From the NCBI RefSeq assembly GCF_000008305.1, contig NC_006055.1, positions 390,001 to 422,000 of the forward strand: DNA of 32,000 nucleotides, read 5' to 3'. Of this stretch, positions 20,193 through 32,000 are shown one piece after another. The notes below the pieces were generated by a model. The model was not told where the DNA came from, made no database searches, and worked only from the letters and a program-made list of their open reading frames with translations. This stretch comes from Mesoplasma florum L1 (GTDB taxonomy: Bacteria; Bacillota_I; Bacilli_A; Mycoplasmatales; Mycoplasmataceae). Every line of letters begins with the position of its first letter. Position 1 is the stretch's first letter. A program made the position numbers and the translations under genes.

Positions 20193-22699
20193 ATTTCAAT
20201 TACTAATTCAATAGAGTTATCTATATCTCCATTTTCGCTAACTAATACTGTTTCAATTGTTTCACCTAAGTCGTTTGTTTTTTCACTCATACCAACAACA
20301 ACATATTGTGTGTTGTTGTAATCTATAATTTCTCCAACTTTAGCTATATGATCAAGTTTAATTATATCTATTTGGTCGACATCATCATCAGAATGTCAAT
20401 TTAAGTTATCAATTGTACCTAATTCATCATCATCCATTGATTCAAATAAATCTGAATATTTTCCTTCAACATCATCTAGAAATTTTAAAGCATCCATTGT
20501 TGAATCAGTTTCAGTTTCTTCTAATGTTTCATCTTTTAATGATTGATTTAGTATACTTTCATATTTATCTTCAACATCATCTAAGAATTTTAAAGCATCG
20601 ATTGTTGAACTTACTTCATTATCATCATCTAAATCAAGAGTTAGTATACTTTCATATTTATCTTCAACATCATCTAAGAATTTTAAAGCATCCATCGTGC
20701 TAGTTTCTTGATCAATTCCAGATGATAGTGTAACGTTTTCAAACATTGTATCATCAACATCTAAATCTTCTGGTTCAAATTGGAATAGAGTTCTTTCTTC
20801 TTCACTAAATATTAATTCATCAAGATCACTATTAACTTTTTCAGTGTAACTTTCAAGATTGCTAATTGTTTCTTCAATTTGTGTTAATTCTTTTTCAATT
20901 TCATGATCAAAATTTTCATCAATGTCACCATATAGAATTTTTGATTCAGATAAATGATTCATTTCTTCATTATTAACAGTTTTAATACTTAATTTTTCTA
21001 CTTCATCATAAGAATCAAATTCGCCTTCATTGTTTATTGATAATCTGTTATCTGTATCAAATTCAAAGCTATTTAAACTATCTTCTCCAGTTCCTAAAAG
21101 ACTTGCTGTTGTCATTTCTTCTAATTCTTCATAATCTTCTGTTTTAATTACATCTTGATCAAAAGTAAAATCAACTAATTCAGTTTCTTCTTCTGAAACA
21201 ACATTTTTAAATGGTTTATTAACACCTTCTTTAATGTATGCTTTTTCATGTAAGAAATGAACTTTATCTTCTTCAGAATTAAATCTGATTTCTTTGTTAG
21301 GTTCTTCAAATGATAACGTTTCACCATTTAATTCATTGTAATCAGCTGTTTGAATAGAATCATCATTTTGTCCGTTTAAATCAGCTGTATTTAAGAATGT
21401 ATCATCATGTTTTGTATCTTCTGATTCTTCAAATATAGCTAATGTTTCTTCTTCTAATTCTTCATAATCTTCTGTTTTAATTACATCTTGATTAAAAGTA
21501 AAATCAACTAATTCAGTTTCTTCTTCTGAAACAACATTTTTAAATGGTTTATTAACACCTTCTTTAATGTATGCTTTTTCATGTAAGAAATGAACTTTAT
21601 CTTCTTCAGAATTAAATCTGATTTCTTTGTTAGGTTCTTCAAATGATAACGTTTCACCATTTAACTCATTGTAATCAGCTGTTTGAATAGAATCATCATT
21701 TTGTCCGTTTAAATCAGCTGTATTTAAGAATGTATCATCATGTTCTGTTTTTAAAGAATCATCTAAAATATTTAATTGTTCTTCATCATCTGAATACTCT
21801 ATTTCACCAAGAATATCTATTGTTGAATAATCATCTATTTTGTCATCAAATAATGATAAAGTTTTTTCATCTTCAGGTAATTCATCATAATCTTCAAAAA
21901 TTAAATCTTCATTATCAGATTCAAAAGAAATTGGATCTGTTGAGTCATCTAATAAAATTTGTGTTTTATCTGCTTGTAATGTTGCTGAAATGATTTCACT
22001 AATTGTTTTTTCACCATCATGAACTAATCCACTTGTTTTTAGTTCTTCAAAAGTTGATGTTAAATCTATTAATTCATCATCAAAGTTTAATTCTTCTGCT
22101 TTATCAAAATTATTACTTATTGTTCTATTAATTGAATCAATTAACGCTGAAGCATCATCAGATTCATTTTCAAAAGTTTTTGATGTGTTATCTTCTGTAA
22201 TTTCTTCAACAGTTTCTTCTGTAAGTTCATTATCGATTGTTTCACTAACAATATTTGTAATTAAAATCTCACCTTCATCTGATAAAACCTCTTCAAATGC
22301 TATTTGTTTTGGTTTTTCTTCTTCTTGTCTTTTTCATAGGTTATTAGATAAAGAATTTAATCTGCTACGTTTTTGTTTATTTTGATTAATTTTGCTAAAA
22401 GGATCTTGTAAGTCTCTAATTAATTTTTCTGTTTGTTTTTCATTAACTACTTTAACATTATTCTTAGCTTCTAAAACTTCAACTCTCGCAACATATTTTT
22501 CTCATGCATTAGTTGAATCTTTTTTATTATCATCTAATCATATTAAATACAGTGTGTACTTTTTAATATGTTCTTGAATTTGTTTATCATAATTTGAAAT
22601 ATCTTTAGTTAAGATTGCTAAAGTTGCATCAGCTGAAAATTTTTGCTTTAAGATGTAATTATTTATTTTATTTATTAATTCTATTGAAACTCTTCTCAT
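20186..22699 (-). CDS. Large highly acidic repeat-containing hypothetical protein (837 aa)
   Basis: Continuous code-4 frame from ATG 22699 (SD AAAGAGG) to TAA 20186. N-terminus MRRVSIELINKINNYILKQKFSADATLAILTKDI...; long Glu/Asp-rich repeat region; compact C-terminal domain HIAKVGEIIDYNNTQYVVVGMSEKTNDLGETIETVLVSENGD. Confidence 0.8.
20455..20705 (-). repeat. Three short in-frame repeats encoding (S)TMDALKFLDDVEDKYESIL
   Basis: TMDALKFLDDVEDKYESIL, TIDALKFLDDVEDKYESIL and TMDALKFLDDVEGKYSDLF appear in the translation. Confidence 0.9.
21118..21745 (-). repeat. Large in-frame direct repeat, two ~295-nt copies at 333-nt (111-aa) spacing
   Basis: 21118-21412 and 21451-21745 are almost identical (for example gatcaaaagt vs gattaaaagt, tttaattcat vs tttaactcat). 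They encode ..HDDTFLNTADLNGQNDDSIQTADYNELNGETLSFEEPNKEIRFNSEEDKVHFLHEKAYIKEGVNKPFKNVVSEEETELVDFTF.. Confidence 0.93.
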
Positions 22700-22784
22700 A
22701 TTAACCTCTTTTATTAAATTATACTTTATTTACATATATTTTATTATTTAGAAATAACAAAAAAACGGTGTTTTTACCGTTTTT

Positions 22785-25406
22785 TTACATTTTATTTAGT
22801 TTATCTTGAATTAGTTCTAATTGTTGTTTGTATAATTCATATTTTTCTTTTTCTTCTTCTATTTTTGAAGGAGCTGCTTTTGATATGAAATTTTCATTAC
22901 TTAACATTCTTTCAGATCTACTTATTTCATTTTCAAGTTCTTTTTTCTTAGTTGCTAATTCTTCTAACATTTTTTCTTTATCAATGAAATCATCGTTAGG
23001 AATTTCAATAAAGAAGTCAAGTACTGATAAACTTGTTGTTTCGCTAACCAAAGATTCATTGATTGATAAATTAGCATTAACAAACTCATTTAAAAAGTTA
23101 TTTATTTCTAAATTGTATTTAGTTATTATTTCTAAATTACCATTAGTTGCATTTCAATTTAAAAGCACATTATTCTTGATATTATTTGTTGCTCTAAATT
23201 CTCTTATTGAATTAATTAATTCAATAACAACATTAATGTAATCTGTTTCAAATACAAATTCTTTATCAAATCAACTTTCTTCTAAAATAGAGTTTTTCAT
23301 ATCTAATGTTTTATAAATATGTTCAGTTACAAATGGCAAGTATGGGTGCAACATAATCAATATATTTTTTAATAAATAAACAATTGTTTGTTGAGTAGCT
23401 TCTTTTGTTTTTGGATTATTTAAATTAACTTTCGCAAATTCAATATATCAACTACAGTATGTATTTCACACAAAGTCATAAAGCATTTTACCAGCAATTG
23501 CAAATTCATATTTATCTATTAAATAATTAACTTGTTTTGAAACTTTACTAAATTCTGTTAAAACTCATTTATCAGTTTCATTTAGAGAATTTGAATTTAA
23601 GATTGCTTGTTCTTCTCAAGGTTTAAAGTCTTCTTCCAAATTCATTAAAACATATCTTGATGCATTTCATAATTTATTAATGAAATTTCAAGCAGCTTTA
23701 ACTTTAGAATCACTATATCTAATATCTTGTCCAGGTGTTGAATTAGTTAATAATGAGAATCTTAATGAATCAGAACCATTGTTAACAATTACATCCATTG
23801 GATCAATTCCATTACCTAATGATTTACTCATTTTTGCTCCATGCTCATCTCTTACTAAACCATGTATTAGTACATCTTTAAAAGGTATTTGTCCAGTGTA
23901 TTCAATTGTTTGAAATATCATTCTTGAAACTCAAGAAAAAATAATATCATGACCAGTTACTAATACACCATTTGGTAAATATTCTTTAAAATATTTAGAT
24001 TCAAATCCTTCTCCACGCATTAAAGTGGCAAAAGGTCATAAACCAGATGAGAATCATGTATCAAGCACGTCTTCATCTTGAATTCAATTTTCTGCATCTT
24101 TAGGCGCTTCCATACCCACATAAATTTTTGTTTTATCTTCTTTGTTATATCAAGCTGGAATTCTGTGACCTCATCATAATTGTCTTGAAATAGTTCAATC
24201 ATGAATGTTTTCCATTCATTTTTTTAATACTTGATCAAAACGTTCAGGGAAAAACTTAATTTTATCATTGCTTTCTTGAAGTTTTAAAATCATATCAGCA
24301 AAACTATCCATTTTAACAAATCATTGATCACTTAAATAAGGTTCTACTATTGCATTGCTTCTTTCACTAAATCCAACTTGATGAATCATAGGTTCTGCTT
24401 TAATAAAAGTTTTTTCTTTTGTTAAATTTTCAATAATTTTATTTCTTGCTTCAAAACGGTCTAAACCTTGGTATTCTTCTCCACCCATTTCATTTATTGT
24501 TCCGTCTTCATTCATACATATTGGTTTTTCTAAATTATGACGAACAGCAATTTCAAAATCATTTAAATCATGTGCTGGAGTACATTTCATAACCCCAGTT
24601 CCAAAATCTAATTCTACATAATCATCAGCAATAATTGGAATAGCTTGGTTATTAACTGGATTAATGGCTTTTTTCCCTATAAATGATGTATATCTTTCGT
24701 CTTTAGGGTTAACAACTAAACATTGATCAGCAAACATTGTTTCTGGTCTTGTTGTTGCAACATTTAAAAATTCATTAGTTCCTTGAATCATGTATTTAAA
24801 ATGATACATAAATCCTTCAACTTCTTTATAAATAACTTCAACATTTGAAATCGCAGTTTTTTGCATTGGGTCTCAGTTAACTATTCTTTTTCCTTTGTAT
24901 ATTAATCCTTTATTATAAAAATCAACAAATATTTCTGTAACTATTTTATTAATATCGTCATCCAATGTAAATTTTTCCATACTGTAATCAAATGCTAGAC
25001 CTAATTTAGATCATTGTTGTCTAATGATTGCTGCATATTCATGTTTTCATTTTCAAGCTTGTTCTAAAAATTTTTCTCTTCCTAATTCAAAACGACTAAT
25101 ACCTTGTTCTCTAAGTTTTGCTTCAACTTTAACTTGAGTACTGATACCAGCATGATCCATCCCTGGTAAATAAAGTACATCAAATCCATTTAATTTTTTA
25201 AATCTGATAATGGCATCTTGCAAGCTTCCATCTCATGCATGTCCAATGTGCAATTTACCTGTTACGTTTGGTGGAGGTAAAACAATTGAAAATTTTGGTT
25301 TTTTAGAATCTGGGTTAGCTTTGAAATACTCATTTTGAATTCATCATTCATATCTATTTTCTTCAACTATTTCATAACTATATTTAGCTTCTAATTCTTT
25401 TTTCAT
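22785..25406 (-). CDS. valS: Valine--tRNA ligase (873 aa)
   Basis: [35 protein letters not shown], and [16 protein letters not shown]-terminal coiled coil. Confidence 0.97.
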
Positions 25407-25494
25407 TTCTATTATCTCCATTTCAATATATTAATTTTATAATATTTACTCTTTAACAAAAAGTGAAAATAAAACATTTGTGTTTAAACGTAAA

Positions 25495-25525
25495 AAATAA
25501 TGAGACAAACTCATTATTTTTTACG
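25495..25525 (-). terminator. Intrinsic terminator after the P-type ATPase gene
   Basis: AAAAAATAATGAG-ACAAA-CTCATTATTTTTT. Confidence 0.75.
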
Positions 25526-28429
25526 TTTTTTGTTTTGTTCTTTAGCATCTTGGTTAATCATTTCAGCAATTAATATTTGATTTTTTTGTCAATTACCAAC
25601 TGATAAATGATATGAGTAAAATACAATTGTATCTATCATTAAGATTAATAAGAACGGAACAATTGAAATTGCAAATGCTACAAACATAATTCATATATTA
25701 TCACTTGTTCATTTTGAAGTAGCTTTTGAATATCCTACTAATCCTAAAATACTATCATTTAATCCAGGAATTGTTATAACTCCGATTGATAATACTAATG
25801 CTATTAATGATGCATATATTAAAGGCTTAGAAATTTGTAATTTAATTTTATTTGATGCTTTTCAATTAGAAATTTTAATTAAATGTGCAAAGAATAATGG
25901 TGACATAACTATTGTTATAAACATTGCTGTTCTTCCAAATACAATATATTCATCTAAAATTTTATTTCTTATAATACCATCTGAAACATTATTCATGATT
26001 TCATGAATTTGACCTAATCATGTTGTTGAACTTAATTCAAAGTTAATTTTAAATTGAGCATAAAAATCATAATCTATTCAAGCTTTTGTATCTGTTGCCA
26101 TCATTCCAATAAAGAAAGAACCAACAGAACATAATGCTGATAATACTCCAATTTTAATTATTGGTAATATTAATCCTTTTAATAAACCATTCTTACCAAC
26201 CTGTGGTTTCAGTTTCATTAAAGTATCATCTAAAGGACCCATACCAATCGCAATCGCTAAACATGACTCAACAATTAAGTTGATATATAAAATATTTGTT
26301 GCTTCTAATGGTGATATTTTAAATATTAATGAAATTATTAAAATAGATAAAACGTTAGCCAAGTTGAATCCCATTAATAAAGTAATTGCTCGTTTAATTT
26401 TTTGATAAACGTTTCTTCCTTCGTTAACTCCAGTCATAATAGTTGCAAAGTTATCATCAGTTAAAATAACATCACTGGCTTGTTTAGCCACATCAGTACC
26501 TGTAATACCCATAGCAACCCCAATATCAGCTTTGCTTAAACTTGGTGCATCATTTACTCCATCACCAGTCATTGAGACAATATATCCCTTTTTCTGTAAT
26601 GTAGCAACAATCTTAACTTTATGTTCTGGATTAACACGAGCAAACACTCTTATGTTATCAATAACTTCTTCCAATTCTGCATCAGACATAGTATCAAGTT
26701 TATCTGATGAAATAACTTGTTTTTCTTCATAAGCTAATCCTAAATCTCTAGCAATAGCTAAAGCAGTAATCGCATGATCACCTGTAATCATACAAACCTC
26801 AACTCCAGCAGCGTGAGCTTCTTCAATTGCTTGAACAGCTTCTTTTCTAACTGGGTCAATCATTGCAACTGCTCCAATAAAAGTAAGACCTTTTTCTTCA
26901 AGTTTATTATTTTTAACTTCTTTATACGCAAAAGCTAAAACTCTTAAAGCATCATCACTTAAATTAATACTTGCGCGCATAATTTCATGTTTATGAGATT
27001 CAGTTAATTTAATAACTTTGTTTTCAATCATTATATGATCACAAATACTTAATAATTGGTCAATAGCACCTTTTGTAAATGCTATTGTTTTTTTATCAAC
27101 AGTATTTAAAGTACTCATTAACTTTCTTTCACTATCAAAAGGTATTTCATCAATTCTTTCGAATTTCTTACGATAAACTAATTCATCAACACCCATTAAT
27201 TCTGCAAAATCTACTAATGCTAATTCTGTTGGATCTCCAATTCTTTCGTTTCCCTCAGTAATACTATCATTTGGTAAAACTAAAGCTTTAAGTAATAATT
27301 CTTTTTGAATACTTTTATCTAAATCAAGATATTCATCTGAATCCATAATTCTATTATTATCAATAACTTTTTTAACTGTCATTTTATTTTGAGTTAAAGT
27401 TCCAGTTTTATCTGTACAAATAACATTAACTGAACCTAAAGTTTCAACACTAGCTAATTTTTTAACAATAACATTATTATTTGCCATTCTTTTTGTTGAG
27501 AAACTCAATGTAATAGAAATTACAGCAGCCAATGATTCTGGTATAACACCGATTGCTAAAGTAATTGCCACCATTAAATAACTAGCTCATGCTTCAAATC
27601 CACCAACTAAAGATAATAATAAGAAAACAAAAATTCCTATTAGACCAGCTACACAACTAATCACATATCCAAATTTACTAATTTTTTTCTCAAGTGGAGT
27701 TTCAGTTTCTTCGTTTTTATCAATAGCTTCTGAAATTTTCCCTATTTCTGTGTTTAAACCAGTTCCAATAACAATACCAACAGCTCTACCAGCTGTAGTA
27801 AATGTTGACATGAATGCTATATTAGTTTTTTCTGCTAATATAGTTGTCTCTTTTATTGCTTTGTGTGTTTTTTCAACAGGAACTGATTCACCAGTTAAAA
27901 TTGCTTCATCAATCATGAAATCAGCTGATTGTACAATTCTTAATTCAGCAGGTACATATTTACCAGCTTCAAGAATTACAATATCACCAACTACAAGATC
28001 AGATGCATCTATTTCTTTTTGATTATGATCTCTTAAAACTACAGCTTTTGGTTTAGAAAGTGATTTAAGTGCGTCAACACTCTTTCTAGCTTTAACTGTT
28101 TGAACTGTCTCTAAAACAGCATCAACAATAACAATAAGCATAATAACAACAAAGTCTATAAATTCATGAAAACCTATTTTTTCACCAGGAGATGAAATTA
28201 ATGGAGCTACAACTGATATAACAGCAGCAAACATTAATATTAATTGTAATGGTTCAACAAAGGCATGCAAGAATGTAACTCATCAAGGAGTAACCTTTGC
28301 AGTTGGTAATTCATTTTTACCATTCTCTATAAGTCTTTTTGTTGCTTCTTCTTCTGTTAAACCTGTTTTTATATCAGTATCTAACTTATTTTCAATTTCT
28401 TTTATCTGACTACTCTCTCAACTATCCAT
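25514..28429 (-). CDS. Cation-translocating P-type ATPase, Ca2+-ATPase-like (971 aa)
   Basis: DKTGTLTQNKMTV phosphorylation site, TGESVPVEK, MITGDHAITA, MTGDGVNDAPSL, and IPESLAAVI in TM4. Confidence 0.95.
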
Positions 28430-29018
28430 TTTCTACCTCTAATAATCTAATTAAAGCATCATAACTTTCTTTAATATTTATTTTATCTAAATTTGAAACT
28501 TTAACAAACACATCATTTTGATCAAACTCTAAAGTTTCTTTTATTAATTTTTCGTTTTTTGCAATTTCATTTCTTTTTAATTTATCTAACTTTGTTCCAA
28601 TCATTAATACTGGGATATCATTAGCTTTTAAAAAGTCATACATTTGAACATCATCATTTGTTGGTTTATGCCTTAAATCTACTAACATGCAAACAAGTTT
28701 AAGATTTTCTCTTGTTGTTAGATAATCCTCCATCATAATACCAAACTCAACTTTCATTGAATTAGAAATTTTAGCATAACCATATCCAGGTGCATCCACA
28801 AGTCTAAAGCTACTATTGTTAATATCAAAGAAATTTAATAATCTTGTTTTACCTGGTGTGTTAGCTACTTTAGCTAATTTTTTGTTATTTGCTAAAGTGT
28901 TAATAAAACTTGATTTACCAACATTACTTCTTCCTACAAAACAAACTTCTGGAATGTTATCTTCGATTCAACCAGACTTATTTGCTGCTGATTTAATAAA
29001 TACGCTTTGTTTAAACAT
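28422..29018 (-). CDS. engB: Ribosome biogenesis GTP-binding protein YsxC/EngB (198 aa)
   Basis: VCFVGRSNVGKSSLINTL, TPGKTRLLNFF, VDAPGYGYAK and GTKLDK. Overlaps the ATPase start by 8 nt. Confidence 0.95.
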
Positions 29019-29026
29019 TTTACCTC

Positions 29027-29563
29027 CTAAATAAATTCTGTTTTCATTTTTAACTCAATTAAAAAGTCTTTTAATTCTCAATGATATGAAACTTTTATTA
29101 TGTCATATCCTTCAATTTCTTTAACTTTAAAAATTATTTTTTTACGTTTAATATCATTTTTTATTTTTTCTATTTCTTCAAGACCAAAAACTTTATCTCA
29201 TATAACTATTTTACTGTTCTTAACAACTACATATATTGATTTAATTTTAATTTGAATTAAAGTTATTCAAATAATTAGCATTATCATGTAGATTACACAT
29301 ATAATTGATTGTACTAATAACATTATGTTTGTAATAAATACTAAACAAATGATTGTGATAATAACAAATGCTAAACTAAATATCATTAGTGATATCAAAT
29401 AACCAAGGCATATATATAGTAATTTTGAATTTTGAAAATATCTGCTATCTTGTTTAATCAATTTTTGAATTTGTTTAAAATATTTTCAATCTTTTATAGC
29501 AATGTAAAATGCATACGCCATTAAAATTAAACTTATTAATAGCGGAAATATAATTAATTTCAT
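29027..29563 (-). CDS. Hypothetical membrane protein (178 aa)
   Basis: Code-4 frame from ATG 29563 to TAG 29027-29029. Three hydrophobic segments followed by a charged C-terminal region. Confidence 0.7.
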
Positions 29564-29564
29564 C

Positions 29565-30173
29565 TTACTCATTCTCCAATCTGAATTTTGAAATGATAGA
29601 TTTCAGTTTTAGATCATTAGTTACAAAATATATTTCTTCATTTTTCGTTTTTAAGTAAATAGTTTTCAAATATTCACCGTTAAAATTTCAAACATAATTT
29701 TCAACTAATATAACATTATTAAATTTTATAATTTTAAATTCTGTGCCATTGTCTAAAACAATTCTTTTATTGCTTATATAAGTTAGCGTTTTTTCTAATT
29801 CGTTTTGTTTTCCTTTTATTTTAAAAAGAGAATAATTTTTTTTAAGATTTTTAATGTATTGATCATATTCATCATCAAATTCTTTTTTCTTATTTTTTTT
29901 ATTTTCATTTTCATTAAAAGATACTTCTAATTCATCCACAAAATAAATGTTTTCATTTTCAGAAAGTTCAAATTTTGTTTTAATTGGTTTTAGTTTTCTA
30001 AGTATTTCGTCTTCTACTTTTTTATATTCAGCAATTTCTTTTAGATATTCATCATTAATTACTTTAAAAGGTTTGTGTTTAACTGAATAAACATATGACA
30101 AAATTCCAACAATTAAAAGTATTATTGCATATAAGATTATTATGCAAATTGCAATTATAAATTTTGAGTCCAT
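29565..30173 (-). CDS. Hypothetical single-TM protein (202 aa)
   Basis: MDSKFIIAICIIILYAIILLIVGILSYVYSVKHKPFKVINDEYL..., code-4 frame to TAA 29565. Confidence 0.72.
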
Positions 30174-30174
30174 T

Positions 30175-30846
30175 TTATTCTTCTTCAAAATCCATTTCAT
30201 ATTGTGATCAAATATCAATTAAATTAATTAATGATTCTGCTTTATTTAATATTTCTAAAAATTCATATTTTTTTTCATCATTTATAGTTCTATCAATTTT
30301 AAGTAAATTTATCATTAATTTACTTGCTTCTCTTAAATCATTTAAATTAGATTCTTCAAATGCTATTTTTAAAACTTTAATAAATTCATTTTCATTATCA
30401 TAGACATTTTTAAATTTTGAAAGTGATTCACCATAAACTTCATTAACTTTTTTAATTATTATTTCTTTGAATATTTCTAAAATATTTTCTTGATTTACAA
30501 TTATTTCATTTGCTTTTGATTTAGCTTCTATTGAATCAGTAAATTCAAATAAAAATTCATTAGGTGCTAAAAAATTACTCATAGCTATAGCTATTTGTAA
30601 ATCTGAAATAATTTCAAATTCTTCCTTGTGGTTTAAAGATTTAATCTCTTTTAATAAATCTTTTTCTATGTCATTAAGTTTATTTAATAATTTAGTTAAA
30701 TCCTCTAACTCTTCAACTTCATTTAAATTATCTAAAAGACTTGTTAATTCTTTTTTATTTTTTAATTCAGCTTCAACATTTTCTAAACTTGAAATAACAA
30801 TTGCTAAACCAGGTTCTAAAAAATCAACTTCGATTTCGTTATTCAT
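30175..30846 (-). CDS. Hypothetical coiled-coil-rich acidic protein (223 aa)
   Basis: MNNEIEVDFLEPGLAIVISSLENVEAELKNKKEL... The frame continues past TGA 30208 to TAA 30175. SD AAAAGGAGAAAG. Confidence 0.75.
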
Positions 30847-30924
30847 CTTCTTTCTCCTTTTAAAGTATAATTATATTTAATTATACCTTATAATATAAAA
30901 AAGAATAAGAATAGAGGAGTTATA

Positions 30925-31635
30925 ATGATTCAAATATTTAAGTTAAAAGAGTTAAATCAAGTTGAATTATCACATTTGGAAGAATTAAATTCTTGATGAG
31001 ATAAACCTGTTGATAAAAAAATTGCAAAATGCAAATTGTTTATTTCAAAGTTTGGACTGCAGCCAAATGATTACATTACATTTGATAGTTTAAAAGAAGT
31101 TAATTTTAATGATTATATAAGGGGTGTAAATAATTATTTAAATTTTTATACACCGAAATTAAAAACAATTGTAAGCGAAAGACATGCTTTTAAAAAATTT
31201 GATAAGTCAATTATAAATTATATGCAATTAAATGGTTATACAGCATCAATAAGTACTATAGCATCATTTTATACAGAAGAAGTAGATCATGATTTAAATA
31301 AATTTAATAAAATTGATGCAATTAATTTTGCAAATAAAGTTTTATTAGAAAAATGAAATAAATTCAAAAGAGAAGTTTTATCTACTTTTGGTGGGAATGA
31401 AATAATTAAAGATGTTATAAAAGGAATATTTGAAAACGAAGTTATTTATGATGGTGTATTTTTTGACTCAAGAATCATTGTAAATACAATTGTAAAATAT
31501 GCATCAAATCTTTTAAAGAAAACTGAAATTACAGAAAAGCAATTTTTAAATATTATGTACTTAGCTTATCTTCAATCTAACTTTATTGAATCTTTTATTT
31601 ATATTTACAAAGGTTTCACAATAAACCTAAAATAA
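30925..31635 (+). CDS. Hypothetical protein (236 aa), possibly RpiR/MurR family-like regulator
   Basis: ATG 30925 after SD AGAGGAG. ..ERHAFKKFDKSIINYMQLNGYTASISTIASFYTEEVDHDLNKF.. resembles an N-terminal HTH. Code-4 frame to TAA 31633-31635. Confidence 0.55.
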
Positions 31636-31636
31636 A

Positions 31637-31674
31637 AAAACTATTAGGAATTAAACTAATAGTTTTTTATTAAT
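31637..31674. terminator. Bidirectional intrinsic terminator
   Basis: AAAAAACTATTAG-GAATTAAA-CTAATAGTTTTTT. Confidence 0.85.
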
Positions 31675-32000
31675 AAACTTTTATTTCTTCACCGTTAATA
31701 TCACTTTCAATAACGTTAACAAAAGCTAATGCAGCTTTCTCAACAGGGACAGGTTTTACACCTTTGAAATAATCTTCATATTCAACCATTGATTCATTAA
31801 AAACTGAAGGACTAACGCAATTTATTCTAATGTCTTTTTCTATATCAAAAGCGGCTGCTTTAGCAAAAGAAGCTACAGCTCCATTAATCAAGGCATACAT
31901 TGTTCCCATTTTAATAAACTCTTCTTTAATTATTCCTGCAATTAAAGTTATGCTTCCTTTTTCATTTAAATACTTACTTCCTATTAAAACCATATTAACT
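31670..32000 (-). CDS. Short-chain dehydrogenase/reductase-like protein, N-terminus beyond window
   Basis: GSITLIAGI...YALINGAVASFAKAAAFDIEKDIRINCVSPSVFNESMVE follows the SDR pattern (catalytic Y, then NxVSPG-like segment), with K replaced by N/G around the usual YxxxK. Confidence 0.75.
   Translation of the reverse strand, partial: VNMVLIGSKYLNEKGSITLIAGIIKEEFIKMGTMYALINGAVASFAKAAAFDIEKDIRINCVSPSVFNESMVEYEDYFKGVKPVPVEKAALAFVNVIESDINGEEIKVY

Noticed and set aside
20413-20703. Plus-strand ORF MYLIHHHPLIQINLNIFLQHHLEILKHPLL... with repeats
   Set aside because: It is the antisense of the acidic repeat gene; the His/Leu repeats are just the complement of the Asp/Glu codons.
21730-21993. Plus-strand His/Leu-rich ORF
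   Set aside because: Antisense shadow of the acidic protein coding region, with no SD.
23680-23913. Plus-strand ORF opposite valS
   Set aside because: Antisense of the KMSKS region of valS; spurious.
25330-25500. Possible T-box leader upstream of valS
   Set aside because: Only a short AT-rich spacer and the terminator of the upstream gene are present. There is no T-box sequence and no long structured leader.
27750-28022. Plus-strand 90-aa ORF opposite the P-type ATPase
   Set aside because: Antisense to the conserved TGES region; spurious.
31760-32000. Considered as a degenerate or dead SDR because the usual YxxxK looks altered
   Set aside because: Only the C-terminal part is in the window, so activity cannot be judged; kept as SDR-like CDS only.

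Overview
This window is from an AT-rich mollicute, most likely Mesoplasma/Entomoplasma-like. UGA is read as Trp throughout, so the supplied ORF track splits many real genes at TGA codons. Reconstructed with code 4, the window holds about 25 genes. They are nfo (partial), ribF-like, a DUF3137-like membrane protein, plsY, two signal-peptide proteins of unknown function, a nicotinamidase/isochorismatase-like gene, an S1-domain protein, guaA-guaB behind a purine-riboswitch-like leader, two membrane proteins, a 1113-aa repeat lipoprotein with a C-terminal GH18 chitinase-like domain, a YneF-like protein, tkt, a DUF896 protein, a YqeH-like GTPase, unknown proteins including an 837-aa acidic repeat protein, valS, a cation P-type ATPase, engB, a three-gene unknown cassette, and a partial SDR oxidoreductase. 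The best leads are: (1) a purine-riboswitch-class aptamer with an unusual J2/3 core, a terminator and a matching antiterminator segment before guaA; (2) an A9 run just after a well-placed SD/ATG that puts the start codon out of frame with its ORF, suggesting slippage, phase variation or an indel; (3) the chitinase lipoprotein with near-identical 219-nt tandem repeats; (4) the acidic protein with a 333-nt-period duplication; (5) unknown secreted-protein and membrane-protein cassettes. I found no convincing CRISPR array, mobile element, defence island or stable RNA gene.
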